DNA of 55,441 bases, taken from positions 1 to 55,441 of the forward strand of contig JADHVC010000003.1 in the NCBI GenBank assembly GCA_016784175.1. The letters run 5' to 3'. The notes under the pieces are model-generated. The model was given only the letters and a program-made list of their open reading frames with translations, was not told the DNA's origin and searched no databases. The stretch comes from Patescibacteria group bacterium (lineage in GTDB: Bacteria; Patescibacteriota; Patescibacteriia; Patescibacteriales; BS150m-G62). Shown here in pieces: positions 1-9,712 of this stretch. The stretch's first letter is position 1. Every line of letters starts with the position of its first letter. The position numbers were made by a program, and so were the translations under genes.

Positions 1-157
1 GCGCATATGGAATATGTAGTAATTTTTAGCAGAATTTAACTTAAAAAATTTTATGTTTGAGTGAAGCGAGTTTAAAATTTTTGTTAAATTGTGCGTAAAA
101 AATTGCCCAATATTCCATCCTAAGCGAAAAAGTGATGCAAGTATAGTGAGCAGTTAC
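1..157 (+). repeat. ~189-nt palindromic intergenic repeat, copy 1 (left part cut by window edge)
   Basis: Begins GCGCATATGGAATATGTAG and ends GTGATGCAAGTATAGTGAGCAGTTAC. Near-identical to the copies at 10856, 13573, 23080, 25885, 43711 and 55288. Confidence 0.9.
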
Positions 158-233
158 GAATACAGGACACATTAATAAAATAGCTTGACACAAAATATTA
201 ATATATACTAAGATTGACATAATATTTGGATAA

Positions 234-269
234 CAAAAAAATCGTCACCTAAGCGACGATTTTTTTTTG
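234..269. terminator. Bidirectional rho-independent terminator downstream of hsp20
   Basis: Stem ATCGTC (241-246) / GACGAT (255-260), flanked by an A-run (234-240) and a T-run (261-269). Confidence 0.6.
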
Positions 270-283
270 CTAGTAGCTACTAT

Positions 284-748
284 TTATTTCTTTTTAGTTT
301 TAGCTTTGATGATTATAGTTTTCTTTTTTGTTTCTGCTGATTTTGGTATCGTAATTTTTAATACTCCATCATGAGCTTCTGCCTCAGCTTTATCGCCTTG
401 AACATGGGTTGGTAATTGGATGCATCTATAAAAACTGCCACGACGAATCTCTTTTCTGTAGTAATCTTTTTCTTCAACTTCCGATTTTTTTTCTGACTCT
501 CCCTTAATAGTTAATATGTCATTTTCGATTGATATCTCAACATTCTCTGGGTCAATGCCGGCCAGTTGAGTTTCGACTATCATGCTATCTTTTTCCTCGT
601 ACATATCTATCGCTGGACTAAAATCACTTATTTTGTTTATAGTTGGTTGCATCCCTTCGAATACTTTATCCATATCTTCAAACGCTTCAAAAATACTGGG
701 CGTCCATTTTATTAAAGACATAATTTGTAATTTTGAAATATAAGGCAA
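284..748 (-). CDS. Small heat shock protein, Hsp20/alpha-crystallin family
   Basis: Alpha-crystallin domain motifs (DMYEEKD..IVE..LAGIDPENVEISIENDILTIKGE ... AEAHDGVLKITIPK). An alternative start is the internal Met at 721. Confidence 0.9.
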   Translation of the reverse strand: MPYISKLQIMSLIKWTPSIFEAFEDMDKVFEGMQPTINKISDFSPAIDMYEEKDSMIVETQLAGIDPENVEISIENDILTIKGESEKKSEVEEKDYYRKEIRRGSFYRCIQLPTHVQGDKAEAEAHDGVLKITIPKSAETKKKTIIIKAKTKKK

Positions 749-783
749 GTATTACTTACTTGAACCGAATATTTTAAAATATA

Positions 784-1245
784 TTAATTATCTAATATTA
801 CTTTTGCTGGTCGAATTACTTTGCCAGCTAAAATATAACCTGATTGAACTTGTTTTTCTACTTTTTTTCCTTTTCCTTCTAAAGCTTCCATGGTGTTATG
901 GTCAAATTCTTTACCATGCGTTTCAATTTCTTCTAAACCTGCTTGTTTTAGCACATCTTTAAATTGCTTTATGACATATTTAATGCCTTGCAACCAACTT
1001 TCATCACCCCCCTTTTTGAAATGCGCTACTGAAGTTTTTAAATTGTCATAGACTGGTAAAATTTCATGAATTAATTGCTCATTGGCGTACTTGGCAAATT
1101 CTAGTTTTTCTTTTGTTGATTGGCGTTGTAAGTTTTGATAGTCCGCTAAGGCTCTACTATATAGCCCCTTTAGCTCATCCTTACGAGCTATAACTAGTTT
1201 ATATTTATCTTCTAAGCTTTTTTGTTTTTTTTTGCTTTTTATCAT
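784..1245 (-). CDS. grpE: Nucleotide exchange factor GrpE (short form)
   Basis: GrpE-like sequence (ALADYQNLQRQ..KE..FA...LIHEILPVYDNL ... GYILAGKVIRPAKV). Lies directly downstream of hrcA. Confidence 0.9.
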   Translation of the reverse strand: MIKSKKKQKSLEDKYKLVIARKDELKGLYSRALADYQNLQRQSTKEKLEFAKYANEQLIHEILPVYDNLKTSVAHFKKGGDESWLQGIKYVIKQFKDVLKQAGLEEIETHGKEFDHNTMEALEGKGKKVEKQVQSGYILAGKVIRPAKVILDN

Positions 1246-1249
1246 AAAT

Positions 1250-1918
1250 TTATTTTAAATTACTGCAAATTAACTTAATTAATCTAATATTTTTTTTATA
1301 ATCCATTCGCATGGGTCCAATTATGCCAAGCATTCCATCACCAATACTCGTTCTATATTTAATAAGAATCGATGAGCAAAAAGAGCCGAATGGATTTTCA
1401 GAACCAACTAGTATATGTTCGCCTATAGCGATTGTGTTAAACGAGTTGTCAATTATTTCGTCTATTTCATCGATAATTTGTGAAATATCGTATACTTTAT
1501 TCATCTGCGAGAATTCCGGTTGTTTTAGTAAGTTTGATATGCCTGTATAGTATAGATTTTTTCTTGTAAAGGCGCAAAATACTGCTAAATTAGACTCTTG
1601 AGCTAGGTTTTTGGCTATCGATTTTAGTTCAACCTCGTCAGCGCTAACCTTTAAGCTGTTTAAATCGGCCAGTTTGCATTTAGAGAATATACCTTGAGCG
1701 TACTCGCGATAAGACCTTTCGGTTGGGATCCGTCCAGCAGAAGTATGAGGTTGATGAATGTAGCCTAATGTTTCTAGCTCTGAGAGCCTTTGGCGGGCAG
1801 TAGCAGGTGAAATATTTAAGTTATATTTTTCTACTAAAACACTCGACCCAACTGGTTCAGCTGAGGCAATATGCTCTATAATTAGACAATGTAAAATTTT
1901 ATTTAAATTCTCATTCAT
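1250..1918 (-). CDS. hrcA: Heat-inducible transcription repressor HrcA (short form)
   Basis: N-terminal wHTH (EPVGSSVLVEKYNLNISPATARQRLSELETLGYIHQPHTSAGRIPTE) and C-terminal GIIGPMRMDYKKNI motif. Start set at the Met at 1918, because the longer ORF-track start (1954) lies inside the CIRCE/promoter. Confidence 0.88.
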   Translation of the reverse strand: MNENLNKILHCLIIEHIASAEPVGSSVLVEKYNLNISPATARQRLSELETLGYIHQPHTSAGRIPTERSYREYAQGIFSKCKLADLNSLKVSADEVELKSIAKNLAQESNLAVFCAFTRKNLYYTGISNLLKQPEFSQMNKVYDISQIIDEIDEIIDNSFNTIAIGEHILVGSENPFGSFCSSILIKYRTSIGDGMLGIIGPMRMDYKKNIRLIKLICSNLK

Positions 1919-1925
1919 TGCCTGT

Positions 1926-1963
1926 ATTTTATAAAAGTAGCACTCAAGTGTCAAGAGTGCTTA
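1926..1963 (-). promoter_or_regulatory. CIRCE operator overlapping a sigma70-like promoter of hrcA
   Basis: The + strand at 1937-1963 reads GTAGCACTC-N9-GAGTGCTTA, compared with the CIRCE consensus TTAGCACTC-N9-GAGTGCTAA. On the - strand, TTGACA (1954-1949), a 17-nt spacer and TAAAAT (1931-1926). The ATG lies 7 nt after the -10. Confidence 0.8.
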
Positions 1964-1983
1964 CAGAACAGGTGAGGTGCTAT

Positions 1984-2014
1984 GAAAAACCCCGAGAAAT
2001 TAAAATTCTCGGGG
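1984..2014 (-). terminator. Rho-independent terminator after the 431-aa repeat protein gene
   Basis: Stem CCCCGAGAA (1990-1998) / TTCTCGGGG (2006-2014), followed on the - strand by a T-run (1985-1989). Confidence 0.75.
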
Positions 2015-2023
2015 TGTTGTTGG

Positions 2024-3319
2024 TTATTGTTCTTGTTTTATTAGTTCAAATAGTTTTTTAATCGCAACTTTTTTAGTCTCATTGTCAGCATGTTGATCTG
2101 AATAATAAGCCGCTCGGATACTCCCTATGGAGGTGGAAGCATGCACTGCGCTCAATGATAATTCATTCCATCGCTTGGTTACAATTTCCATTTCTTCAGC
2201 TGTTAGGGGCACACACTTTGTTAAAATAAATTGTATTTCTCTAGTAGTAGTTATAAGGCTACACCATCTTTTAAGTACAATATCTCTGTGTTTTTTATCA
2301 GTCGTGCAAAATAACGACTCAAGCTTTTTAGTATCTTTAGTTAATTCGCATATTTTTGAAAGTGCCTCAATTTGAAGTTCAGGATATTCAGAAGTTTTAG
2401 GCAAGACTTCTTCAAAATCATCAACGGTTTCGCAAAAAGAAAGCCACTTCTCAAGTGCTAATTTTTCTGATGGTGTATTTTTAGGTGCATCACAAAAAGC
2501 ATTAAAGGCTTCTTCTTTAGAATTTGCAGCTTGCGCTTCATTGGTCGATAACAAAGACCATCTATCTAGTAGCATTTGGCGAATTTCCACCAGATCTTTT
2601 CTTACATACTCAAGTGTATCCCGAACCTCCAATGCGCTAAGCATAGTGGTACACAAAATAGACGTCGCTATTTTTTGAGGCTGACTATTGTCTGGCGCAG
2701 CTCGAAGAGCATCAAGAGCCTCATTCGGAGTTTTTGCATTTTCTGCTTCTTTTAGTGCTTGTGCTAACCATTTATTCATAACAGTCTCTTTAAGTTTTTT
2801 TAAAAAGCCTGGAATTTTTCTATATATATTCTGTAAACTTTCCGAAGTAGTAGCTTCTTCAAGCAATGCAATGGAAATTTTTTCGCATTTTTCGCGCGCA
2901 ATACGCTTAGCACTGCTCTTGGTTGGTGAATGGACATAAGCCGAATATGCTTTTTCTAAAGTTGTTGCGTTTTTTGCATCTCGAAGTGATAGTTCCTCCC
3001 ACTTAGTGAGAAAGTAAGTTGTGTCTGCCCCAACTGAGCTTAGCGCACGTACCACTTCTTTTGCCATAGAGGCGTCAACAACATCCTTGTGGCAATACAT
3101 GGCCATTTCGAGTATTTTTTCACGTATAGCTTGAATAGCCGTTTCGCTTGTTTTACCGCTGTTCTTATAGGCAAAATATATTTCAAGCAACACTTTAAGA
3201 TTACGCACTTCCTCTAGCGTTTCTAATAAATCTTTTTCTTCGAGATGGACTACGATCTCTGGAATAGTAATGTCGAGTGTACTTTTTATTTTTTCTACAA
3301 TGTCAAGTGCTGTTTGCAT
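2024..3319 (-). CDS. Hypothetical alpha-helical repeat protein (431 aa)
   Basis: Long ORF with recurring modules anchored on [KR]W (W107, 184, 254, 292, 352, 384). Examples are KWEELSLRDAKNATTLEKAYSAY, KWLAQALKEAENAKTPNEALDAL, RWSLLSTNEAQAANSKEEAFNAF and RWNELSLSAVHASTSIGSIRAAY. I do not recognise a family. Confidence 0.7.
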   Translation of the reverse strand: MQTALDIVEKIKSTLDITIPEIVVHLEEKDLLETLEEVRNLKVLLEIYFAYKNSGKTSETAIQAIREKILEMAMYCHKDVVDASMAKEVVRALSSVGADTTYFLTKWEELSLRDAKNATTLEKAYSAYVHSPTKSSAKRIAREKCEKISIALLEEATTSESLQNIYRKIPGFLKKLKETVMNKWLAQALKEAENAKTPNEALDALRAAPDNSQPQKIATSILCTTMLSALEVRDTLEYVRKDLVEIRQMLLDRWSLLSTNEAQAANSKEEAFNAFCDAPKNTPSEKLALEKWLSFCETVDDFEEVLPKTSEYPELQIEALSKICELTKDTKKLESLFCTTDKKHRDIVLKRWCSLITTTREIQFILTKCVPLTAEEMEIVTKRWNELSLSAVHASTSIGSIRAAYYSDQHADNETKKVAIKKLFELIKQEQ

Positions 3320-3453
3320 TGCTATTGCTCCCGTGTAGGTTGTTTGGTATTTAAAGAACCATTATCTTTTTACGCTACTTTTAGCAAATGTCAAGTATTA
3401 TTCATAACTACTAACTTGCTTTTAGTAAAATGCGACGCTAAAAAAGAAATCAT

Positions 3454-3482
3454 ATAAAAAAAACGATGCTTTTCATATCGTT
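3454..3482 (-). terminator. Rho-independent terminator after the receiver-domain gene
   Basis: Stem AACGAT (3462-3467) / ATCGTT (3477-3482), followed on the - strand by a T-run (A-run 3454-3462 on +). Confidence 0.6.
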
Positions 3483-3524
3483 TGTAATCCTAAAGTTTGA
3501 TTGATTATATTTGGTTAGCTAAAC

Positions 3525-3884
3525 TTATTTTTTTATAAAGGGCTTTAGGAGCTGTGTAAAATTATTGCTGATTGGTTTTGGAATAAAGCCATCACAACCA
3601 ATATCAATAATTTGCCTAACCTCAGCTATCGAAGCATTCGCAGTAACGGCAATTATCGGATATATGTATTTGCGCGATTCTCGTAAGGTTCTAATAGCAA
3701 CCATGCCACTCATTAATGGCATATGCATATCCATCAGTATAATATCAGGCTGAAGTTCCATTGCTAATTCTATTCCGTGTAAACCATTCTTAGCCTCATG
3801 GGCAATATATCCCTCCAACTCAAGTAATGTTTTCATATATTCTCGAATGCTATCGTCATCGTCAATGACCAGTATTTTTGTCAT
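3525..3884 (-). CDS. Stand-alone response regulator receiver domain (CheY-like)
   Basis: MTKILVIDDDDSIREY...DIILMDMHMPLMSGM...PIIAVTANA...GFIPKPI contains the canonical receiver acidic pocket, phospho-acceptor Asp and conserved Lys. There is no output domain and no kinase in the window. Confidence 0.9.
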   Translation of the reverse strand: MTKILVIDDDDSIREYMKTLLELEGYIAHEAKNGLHGIELAMELQPDIILMDMHMPLMSGMVAIRTLRESRKYIYPIIAVTANASIAEVRQIIDIGCDGFIPKPISNNFTQLLKPFIKK

Positions 3885-3926
3885 GTTCTCGGTCTCCGTC
3901 TGAAAATGTTGAGTGGTTGTGTGTCA

Positions 3927-4028
3927 TTACCAAGTCCTCTTTCGATTTTCCTTAAATATCTTATTAATTATGGTTGGAAACTGATCAGTACACAATTGTC
4001 GATCATCGTCTACAACAAGAATTCTCAT
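3927..4028 (-). pseudogene. 33-codon fragment resembling a receiver-domain N-terminus
   Basis: My translation of the - strand gives MRILVVDDDRQLCTDQFPTIINKIFKENRKRTW-stop. The MRILVVDDD start mimics a response regulator N-terminus, directly upstream of the intact receiver gene. Confidence 0.35.
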
Positions 4029-4210
4029 AACTTACTCCAAGTTTTAAAAATATAATATTTTGATTAAAAGAACATCCCCATAGTAAAATATATAGATATT
4101 GCTATGATAATAAAATAACATAATAATGATATAATTATTACAATGGCTTTAATTGCAGAAAAATTTAGAAAAATAAATGTTGACCGATAGTAACATTGTC
4201 AAGGTTGGTA

Positions 4211-4239
4211 TTGACGAACGTAATTGTTAATGCTATATA
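4211..4239 (+). promoter_or_regulatory. Sigma70-like promoter candidate
   Basis: TTGACG (4211-4216), 17-nt spacer, TATATA (4234-4239), about 40 nt upstream of the ORF at 4279. Confidence 0.4.
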
Positions 4240-4278
4240 TAAGTAATAATGTAGTTCATTTTAAAAAAAAGGAGACAT

Positions 4279-4578
4279 GTGATGTTTACTGAAACCGAGC
4301 ATGGTTATCAGCGTGCTGATGTTTTGAATCCTGAGCAACGCCTATGGTTTGCTGTTTTAGAACAAGTAAAGAAAGATATAGACTTGATCTTTAACAAAGA
4401 TAAAGATAATAAGTTATTATTAAATGATATAATTACATGGATGGAAACCCGTGGTTTTAGGGAAGTTTGCTCGATGGCTAATGTTGAGCCCACTTGGGTA
4501 AAAAAGCTTCTCAATACACATATTAATAATCAATACTTAAAGATACTTGAAAAAAATATAGCAAAGGAGTTGCAATGA
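4279..4578 (+). CDS. Hypothetical protein (99 aa)
   Basis: ORF preceded by the SD-like AAGGAGA at 4269-4275. Start is GTG 4279 or ATG 4282. No recognised motif. Confidence 0.6.
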   Translation: MMFTETEHGYQRADVLNPEQRLWFAVLEQVKKDIDLIFNKDKDNKLLLNDIITWMETRGFREVCSMANVEPTWVKKLLNTHINNQYLKILEKNIAKELQ

Positions 4579-4742
4579 TCGATCATCAAATAGATAGCTC
4601 CAACCAGAAGTTAAAGACAAGGGCAGTTGACATCTTTAAAAATTTCCTTTGTCTAATTGCTGCTTGCATGCTTTTAGGAATGGTACTCTTGTTGATACAA
4701 ACAGTAAAGAAAACAACTATTTCTTTATTACTTCTATCTTAA
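4575..4742 (+). CDS. Small hypothetical membrane protein (55 aa, absent from the ORF track)
   Basis: ATGA start/stop overlap with the upstream ORF. Translation is MIDHQIDSSNQKLKTRAVDIFKNFLCLIAACMLLGMVLLLIQTVKKTTISLLLLS, with one hydrophobic helix. A terminator follows. Confidence 0.45.
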   Translation: MIDHQIDSSNQKLKTRAVDIFKNFLCLIAACMLLGMVLLLIQTVKKTTISLLLLS

Positions 4743-4752
4743 AAAAAACAAC

Positions 4753-4780
4753 ACAGTGGGGTAACTCACTGTTTTTATTT
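4753..4780 (+). terminator. Rho-independent terminator
   Basis: Stem ACAGTG (4753-4758) / CACTGT (4767-4772), followed by TTTTTATTT. Confidence 0.55.
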
Positions 4781-4831
4781 ACAAGAAAATATTATTGTGA
4801 TACATTAAGATCGTAATTTAAACAAAAAACT

Positions 4832-5794
4832 ATGTCAGGAACAAAAGGAATACAAGCGAGAATAAAATCGGTAAAGAACACCAAAAAGGTTACTAAAGCT
4901 ATGGAAATGGTAGCGGCTGCAAAAATGCGTCGTGCTATTGACGCTGTTCTAAAAACTAGAACTTATGCTAGTTTAAGTTGGGAAATTGTTTTAAGGTTGT
5001 CTCAAGCGGTTAACAATGAACACCCTCTGTTAACTAAAATAATTACCACAGGTAAACAAAAGAAGGATGTGCCATCTAGTAAAATTGCCGTAATACTATT
5101 TACTTCCAATCGTGGTCTTTGTGGGGGATTTAATTCTAATATTATAAATGAATTATATAAAACTATAAAAAATACAGTAAAGTCAGAAAATGTAGACCTA
5201 ATATTGGTCGGCAAGAAGGGCGTAACTGCACACAATCACTATAAATATAATATTGAAGCAGAGTTTGTTAAGCCAGATATTGCAAGTGGTGTGGATGATG
5301 TAGTACCAATAGTTAAATTAGTAATAAAAGATTATTTGGCTGGTAAATATTCGAAGATAATTATAGCTTACACTGATTATATTAATGCAACAAAACAAAT
5401 GCCAAGGGTTAAACAGTTGTTGCCAGTCAATGTAAATAAGGAAGACGAATATTTGGGGACAGTAGATGTTGGTGAAAATAATGCAAGTTCACATTCTGTG
5501 ATTGAAGAAAAGCCTAAAAAGAAATTAAATGACAGCAATGAGTATATATTTGAACCTAGTCCTCATGAAGTATTAGACGAAATGGTACCAAGGTTAATCG
5601 AAGTGCAAATATTCCAAGCTCTTTTAGAGTCAAATGCCAGTGAACATTCAGCAAGAATGACAGCGATGCATCAAGCAACAGATGCTGCTAGCGATATGAT
5701 AGACGAGCTAACTTTAACTTATAATAAGGTAAGACAGGCGGGAATTACAGCCGAGATTGCCGAAATTGGTGCGGGTGTTAACGCAATGAATTAA
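4832..5794 (+). CDS. atpG: F0F1 ATP synthase subunit gamma
   Basis: N-terminal IKSVKNTKKVTKAMEMVAAAKMRRA, LCGGFNSN, and C-terminal SARMTAMHQATDAASDMIDELTLTYNKVRQAGITAEIAEI. Confidence 0.95.
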   Translation: MSGTKGIQARIKSVKNTKKVTKAMEMVAAAKMRRAIDAVLKTRTYASLSWEIVLRLSQAVNNEHPLLTKIITTGKQKKDVPSSKIAVILFTSNRGLCGGFNSNIINELYKTIKNTVKSENVDLILVGKKGVTAHNHYKYNIEAEFVKPDIASGVDDVVPIVKLVIKDYLAGKYSKIIIAYTDYINATKQMPRVKQLLPVNVNKEDEYLGTVDVGENNASSHSVIEEKPKKKLNDSNEYIFEPSPHEVLDEMVPRLIEVQIFQALLESNASEHSARMTAMHQATDAASDMIDELTLTYNKVRQAGITAEIAEIGAGVNAMN

Positions 5795-5803
5795 ATTTAA
5801 TAA

Positions 5804-7227
<1,424 letters not shown>

Positions 7228-7228
<1 letters not shown>

Positions 7229-7653
7229 TGTCTAATTTAACTATACAATTTGAAATAGTCACACCGGAAAGAGTAATCTTAAGTGAACAGATTACGCAGG
7301 TTGTTGTCCCAACAAAAGCGGGGGAAATAACAATTTTGCCAAATCACATTCCACTTGTTTCTAGTTTAACTCCAGGAGTGATTATTGCTAAAAAAGAAGA
7401 TGGAAGCGATGTTATTATGGCCATGTCTGGGGGTTTTGTGGAAGTATTGCATGGCAAGGTTGTCATTTTAGCTGATACTGCAGAAAGAGCAGACGAGCTT
7501 GACGAAGAACGAATTGTAGAAGCTCGAGAGGTAGCTAAAAAAGCCAAAGAAGAAGTTAAGCATGTTGATCGCGAACAGTTTGCAAACATTAGTGCAAAAT
7601 TGCAAAAAGAATTAGCTAGAGAGCGAGCGCTAAAGAAATGGAGAAAATTATAG
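7228..7653 (+). CDS. atpC: F0F1 ATP synthase subunit epsilon
   Basis: 1-nt overlap with the atpD stop. The fold pattern is typical of epsilon (FEIVTPERV..., GEITILPNHIPL, SGGFVEV). Confidence 0.9.
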
Positions 7654-7693
7654 TTTGGTGGTTATTGCAAGTTCCGGGTTTTTAAATAAATAT

Positions 7694-7725
7694 GCAGCCT
7701 CTTTCAAGAGGCTGCGTTTTGTTAT
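7694..7725 (+). terminator. Rho-independent terminator after atpC
   Basis: Stem GCAGCCTC (7694-7701) / GAGGCTGC (7708-7715), followed by GTTTTGTTATTTG. Confidence 0.8.
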
Positions 7726-7889
7726 TTGTTATGAAGTATTAATATCTTTCCATGAATCTTCTGCGATGTACCTCGCAAGGATTGGGAGTTTACAATTATC
7801 TTCTATGAGAAATCCCTTATTCACGAAGATTATTTTTATTATCAATTGATGAGGCCATAACTTTCTCCTTTTTTTGATTGGTTGTTGGT

Positions 7890-9092
7890 TTATTTCAATC
7901 TTGGGTTTAGTAACATCGACATTTCGCGAATTTTTTGATCTGCTTGGAAAAATGGTCCAGACATTTTGCCAATATCATCATACCCCATAGAGTTCATTAT
8001 AAACATGTGGTCATTATCTAGCACTAATTCAAGATTATTCAGTGCAATTTTCATAAGGTCTACAAGCGATCGTCTAGTGATCACTTCTTCGAACTCTACT
8101 GACGCAACTTTTAGTATTGCGTAGACTGCAAAGGCAGTTCCCTTGGCTCTATAAAAAACATTGTCTGCCGTAAAATTCCCAACATTTGTTCTTACCATTT
8201 TATTTCCAGCATCAACAGAATCGCCAGCGCCTTCAGCGTTTGGAGTATATTTCTTTCCTGTAGATTCTTGTGACATTTTTGTTTGAATATGGCCCATTTG
8301 TGAATGTAAAACATGCAACAACGAACCCAGATTATCCTCTCTTAGTTCAAAAACAGATTGATTCTTTTGTCTAGAGGCAATGTATTGTCTTAGGCTTTCA
8401 TTTGACTCACTAAGATAATACGGGTAAATAAAGAAAATATCTTCAGGAATACTTGTTAGGCCAAGCGCGCGCTCAACAAAGGGGTCTTTATCTCCCGTCG
8501 TTCTGTGTCTTGCAACATCTTCATGAAGGGAAAAAAGAACAACTTTCCATACCTGACGCTGGCCAAGTTGAAATTCTGGTAAGTTATCCATCCACCAGCG
8601 AAAAAGTAAATTACTTGGAATCCATGTTCGATTAAGTTCACCTTGTTGCAAGTTAATTATAGTTTGTATAAACGCTTCACCAGGGACACTGGTCTTTTGG
8701 GCGACAGGCGGTCGTCGTGGTATTTGGCTGATATAGGCACCATAAAAAACTATTAAAAAGACTATTCCAAGCGCAAGAATGCTCGTTACTTGGTATCTTA
8801 TTTTTTGTCTCCTAAGATGTAGAGGTAATTCACGGAAAAGCCACCTTGTATTTTTCGGCAAAGCAAGAGTAAAACGCCAAGATTGAAGCAAGAAATTGGG
8901 TGTTCCTGTTAAAATAGCGAGCCCTGATTTCTTGATAGTTTGCATAGCCGTTGATTCGGTTGGTTCACTTTTTTGTGGCACTAACGCAAAATTTTTTTCG
9001 TCATCGGTCCCATCTTTATTGTTAATACTACTTGGGGCTAAATCGGAAGCCCTTTTCTCTTTGCTATTGTCGCTGTAATCAAATTCGGCCAT
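7890..9092 (-). CDS. Hypothetical membrane-anchored protein (possibly DUF2333-like; weak recollection)
   Basis: Start placed at MAEFDYS (9092), which has a strong SD (GGAGGAAGG) 3 nt upstream. A good promoter (9141-9169) lies inside the longer ORF-track version. There is one TM helix (ILALGIVFLIVFYGAYI). Confidence 0.65.
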   Translation of the reverse strand: MAEFDYSDNSKEKRASDLAPSSINNKDGTDDEKNFALVPQKSEPTESTAMQTIKKSGLAILTGTPNFLLQSWRFTLALPKNTRWLFRELPLHLRRQKIRYQVTSILALGIVFLIVFYGAYISQIPRRPPVAQKTSVPGEAFIQTIINLQQGELNRTWIPSNLLFRWWMDNLPEFQLGQRQVWKVVLFSLHEDVARHRTTGDKDPFVERALGLTSIPEDIFFIYPYYLSESNESLRQYIASRQKNQSVFELREDNLGSLLHVLHSQMGHIQTKMSQESTGKKYTPNAEGAGDSVDAGNKMVRTNVGNFTADNVFYRAKGTAFAVYAILKVASVEFEEVITRRSLVDLMKIALNNLELVLDNDHMFIMNSMGYDDIGKMSGPFFQADQKIREMSMLLNPRLK

Positions 9093-9140
9093 GACCTTCC
9101 TCCATGAACTTATATTGTGATTGTTAAAGAGCAGATAAGT

Positions 9141-9169
9141 ATTATAATATATTATATAAAATTTTGCAA
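9141..9169 (-). promoter_or_regulatory. Sigma70-like promoter for the 7890-9092 gene
   Basis: On the - strand, TTGCAA (9169-9164), 17-nt spacer, TATAAT (9146-9141). Confidence 0.5.
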
Positions 9170-9258
9170 AAAAAATAGCCACCGGTTAGGTAGCTATAAT
9201 GTTGATTTGTTTATTTTGTCGAATATCACCCCCTTAAAGTAATAGGTAATGACTTAAT

Positions 9259-9654
9259 TTAATTGGAAGTATTTGCCATTCGCACTTTATATATTTTATA
9301 ATAACGCCAGAATACATAAAGCGCTAAGCTGATAATTAGCAGTTCAAAAAACCAACGTACTGGAGCCGGTAAAAAAACACCAAACAATCCAGTTACGATC
9401 AATACAGTACCAATCAGCAAAAGATACCCTTCTTTCATGTATTTATAAGAAGGATGGTCAACGATAAAGCTCACAACCTTAGTCCACTTGGGATTTTTAT
9501 TGGCCCACTCGATCATGCGGATCCAAGTAAAATATAGAGTACCGAGTCCCATCGCAATTTCATCAACATAGGGAATTGTGTCTCCTTTCCAAAGAACATT
9601 TACTACGAAAAGAATAAAAAGAACAGCATCGCGAATTATCATAATTTTTATCAT
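9259..9654 (-). CDS. Hypothetical integral membrane protein (131 aa)
   Basis: ORF with 3-4 hydrophobic helices. No recognised family. Confidence 0.6.
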   Translation of the reverse strand: MIKIMIIRDAVLFILFVVNVLWKGDTIPYVDEIAMGLGTLYFTWIRMIEWANKNPKWTKVVSFIVDHPSYKYMKEGYLLLIGTVLIVTGLFGVFLPAPVRWFFELLIISLALYVFWRYYKIYKVRMANTSN

Positions 9655-9712
9655 TTCTTTCTCCCACTCTAATTGTTGTGTTGGTTTTGAAATGCTAATG
9701 CAAGATTATTGC

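Noticed and set aside
1311-1550. Antisense and shadow ORFs inside well-supported genes. Examples are 1311-1550, 2127-2375, 2688-2939, 5002-5235, 11310-11663, 17656-18021, 22430-22777, 27074-27469, 32529-32969, 35067-35558, 38534-39030, 51797-52057 and 52276-52722.
   Set aside because: Each lies within, and opposite or out of frame to, a gene with clear family motifs. Their compositions are low-complexity mirror images of the real frame.
7655-7849. 64-aa + strand ORF after atpC
   Set aside because: It spans the atpC terminator hairpin, has no SD, and has an odd composition. It is probably non-coding intergenic sequence.
7817-7858. 13-codon ORF (MASSIDNKNNLRE) with a strong SD (AAGGAGAAAG) downstream of the 7890-9092 gene
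   Set aside because: It is too short to support without conservation or expression data and has no recognisable leader-peptide context. I record it only as a possible micro-ORF.
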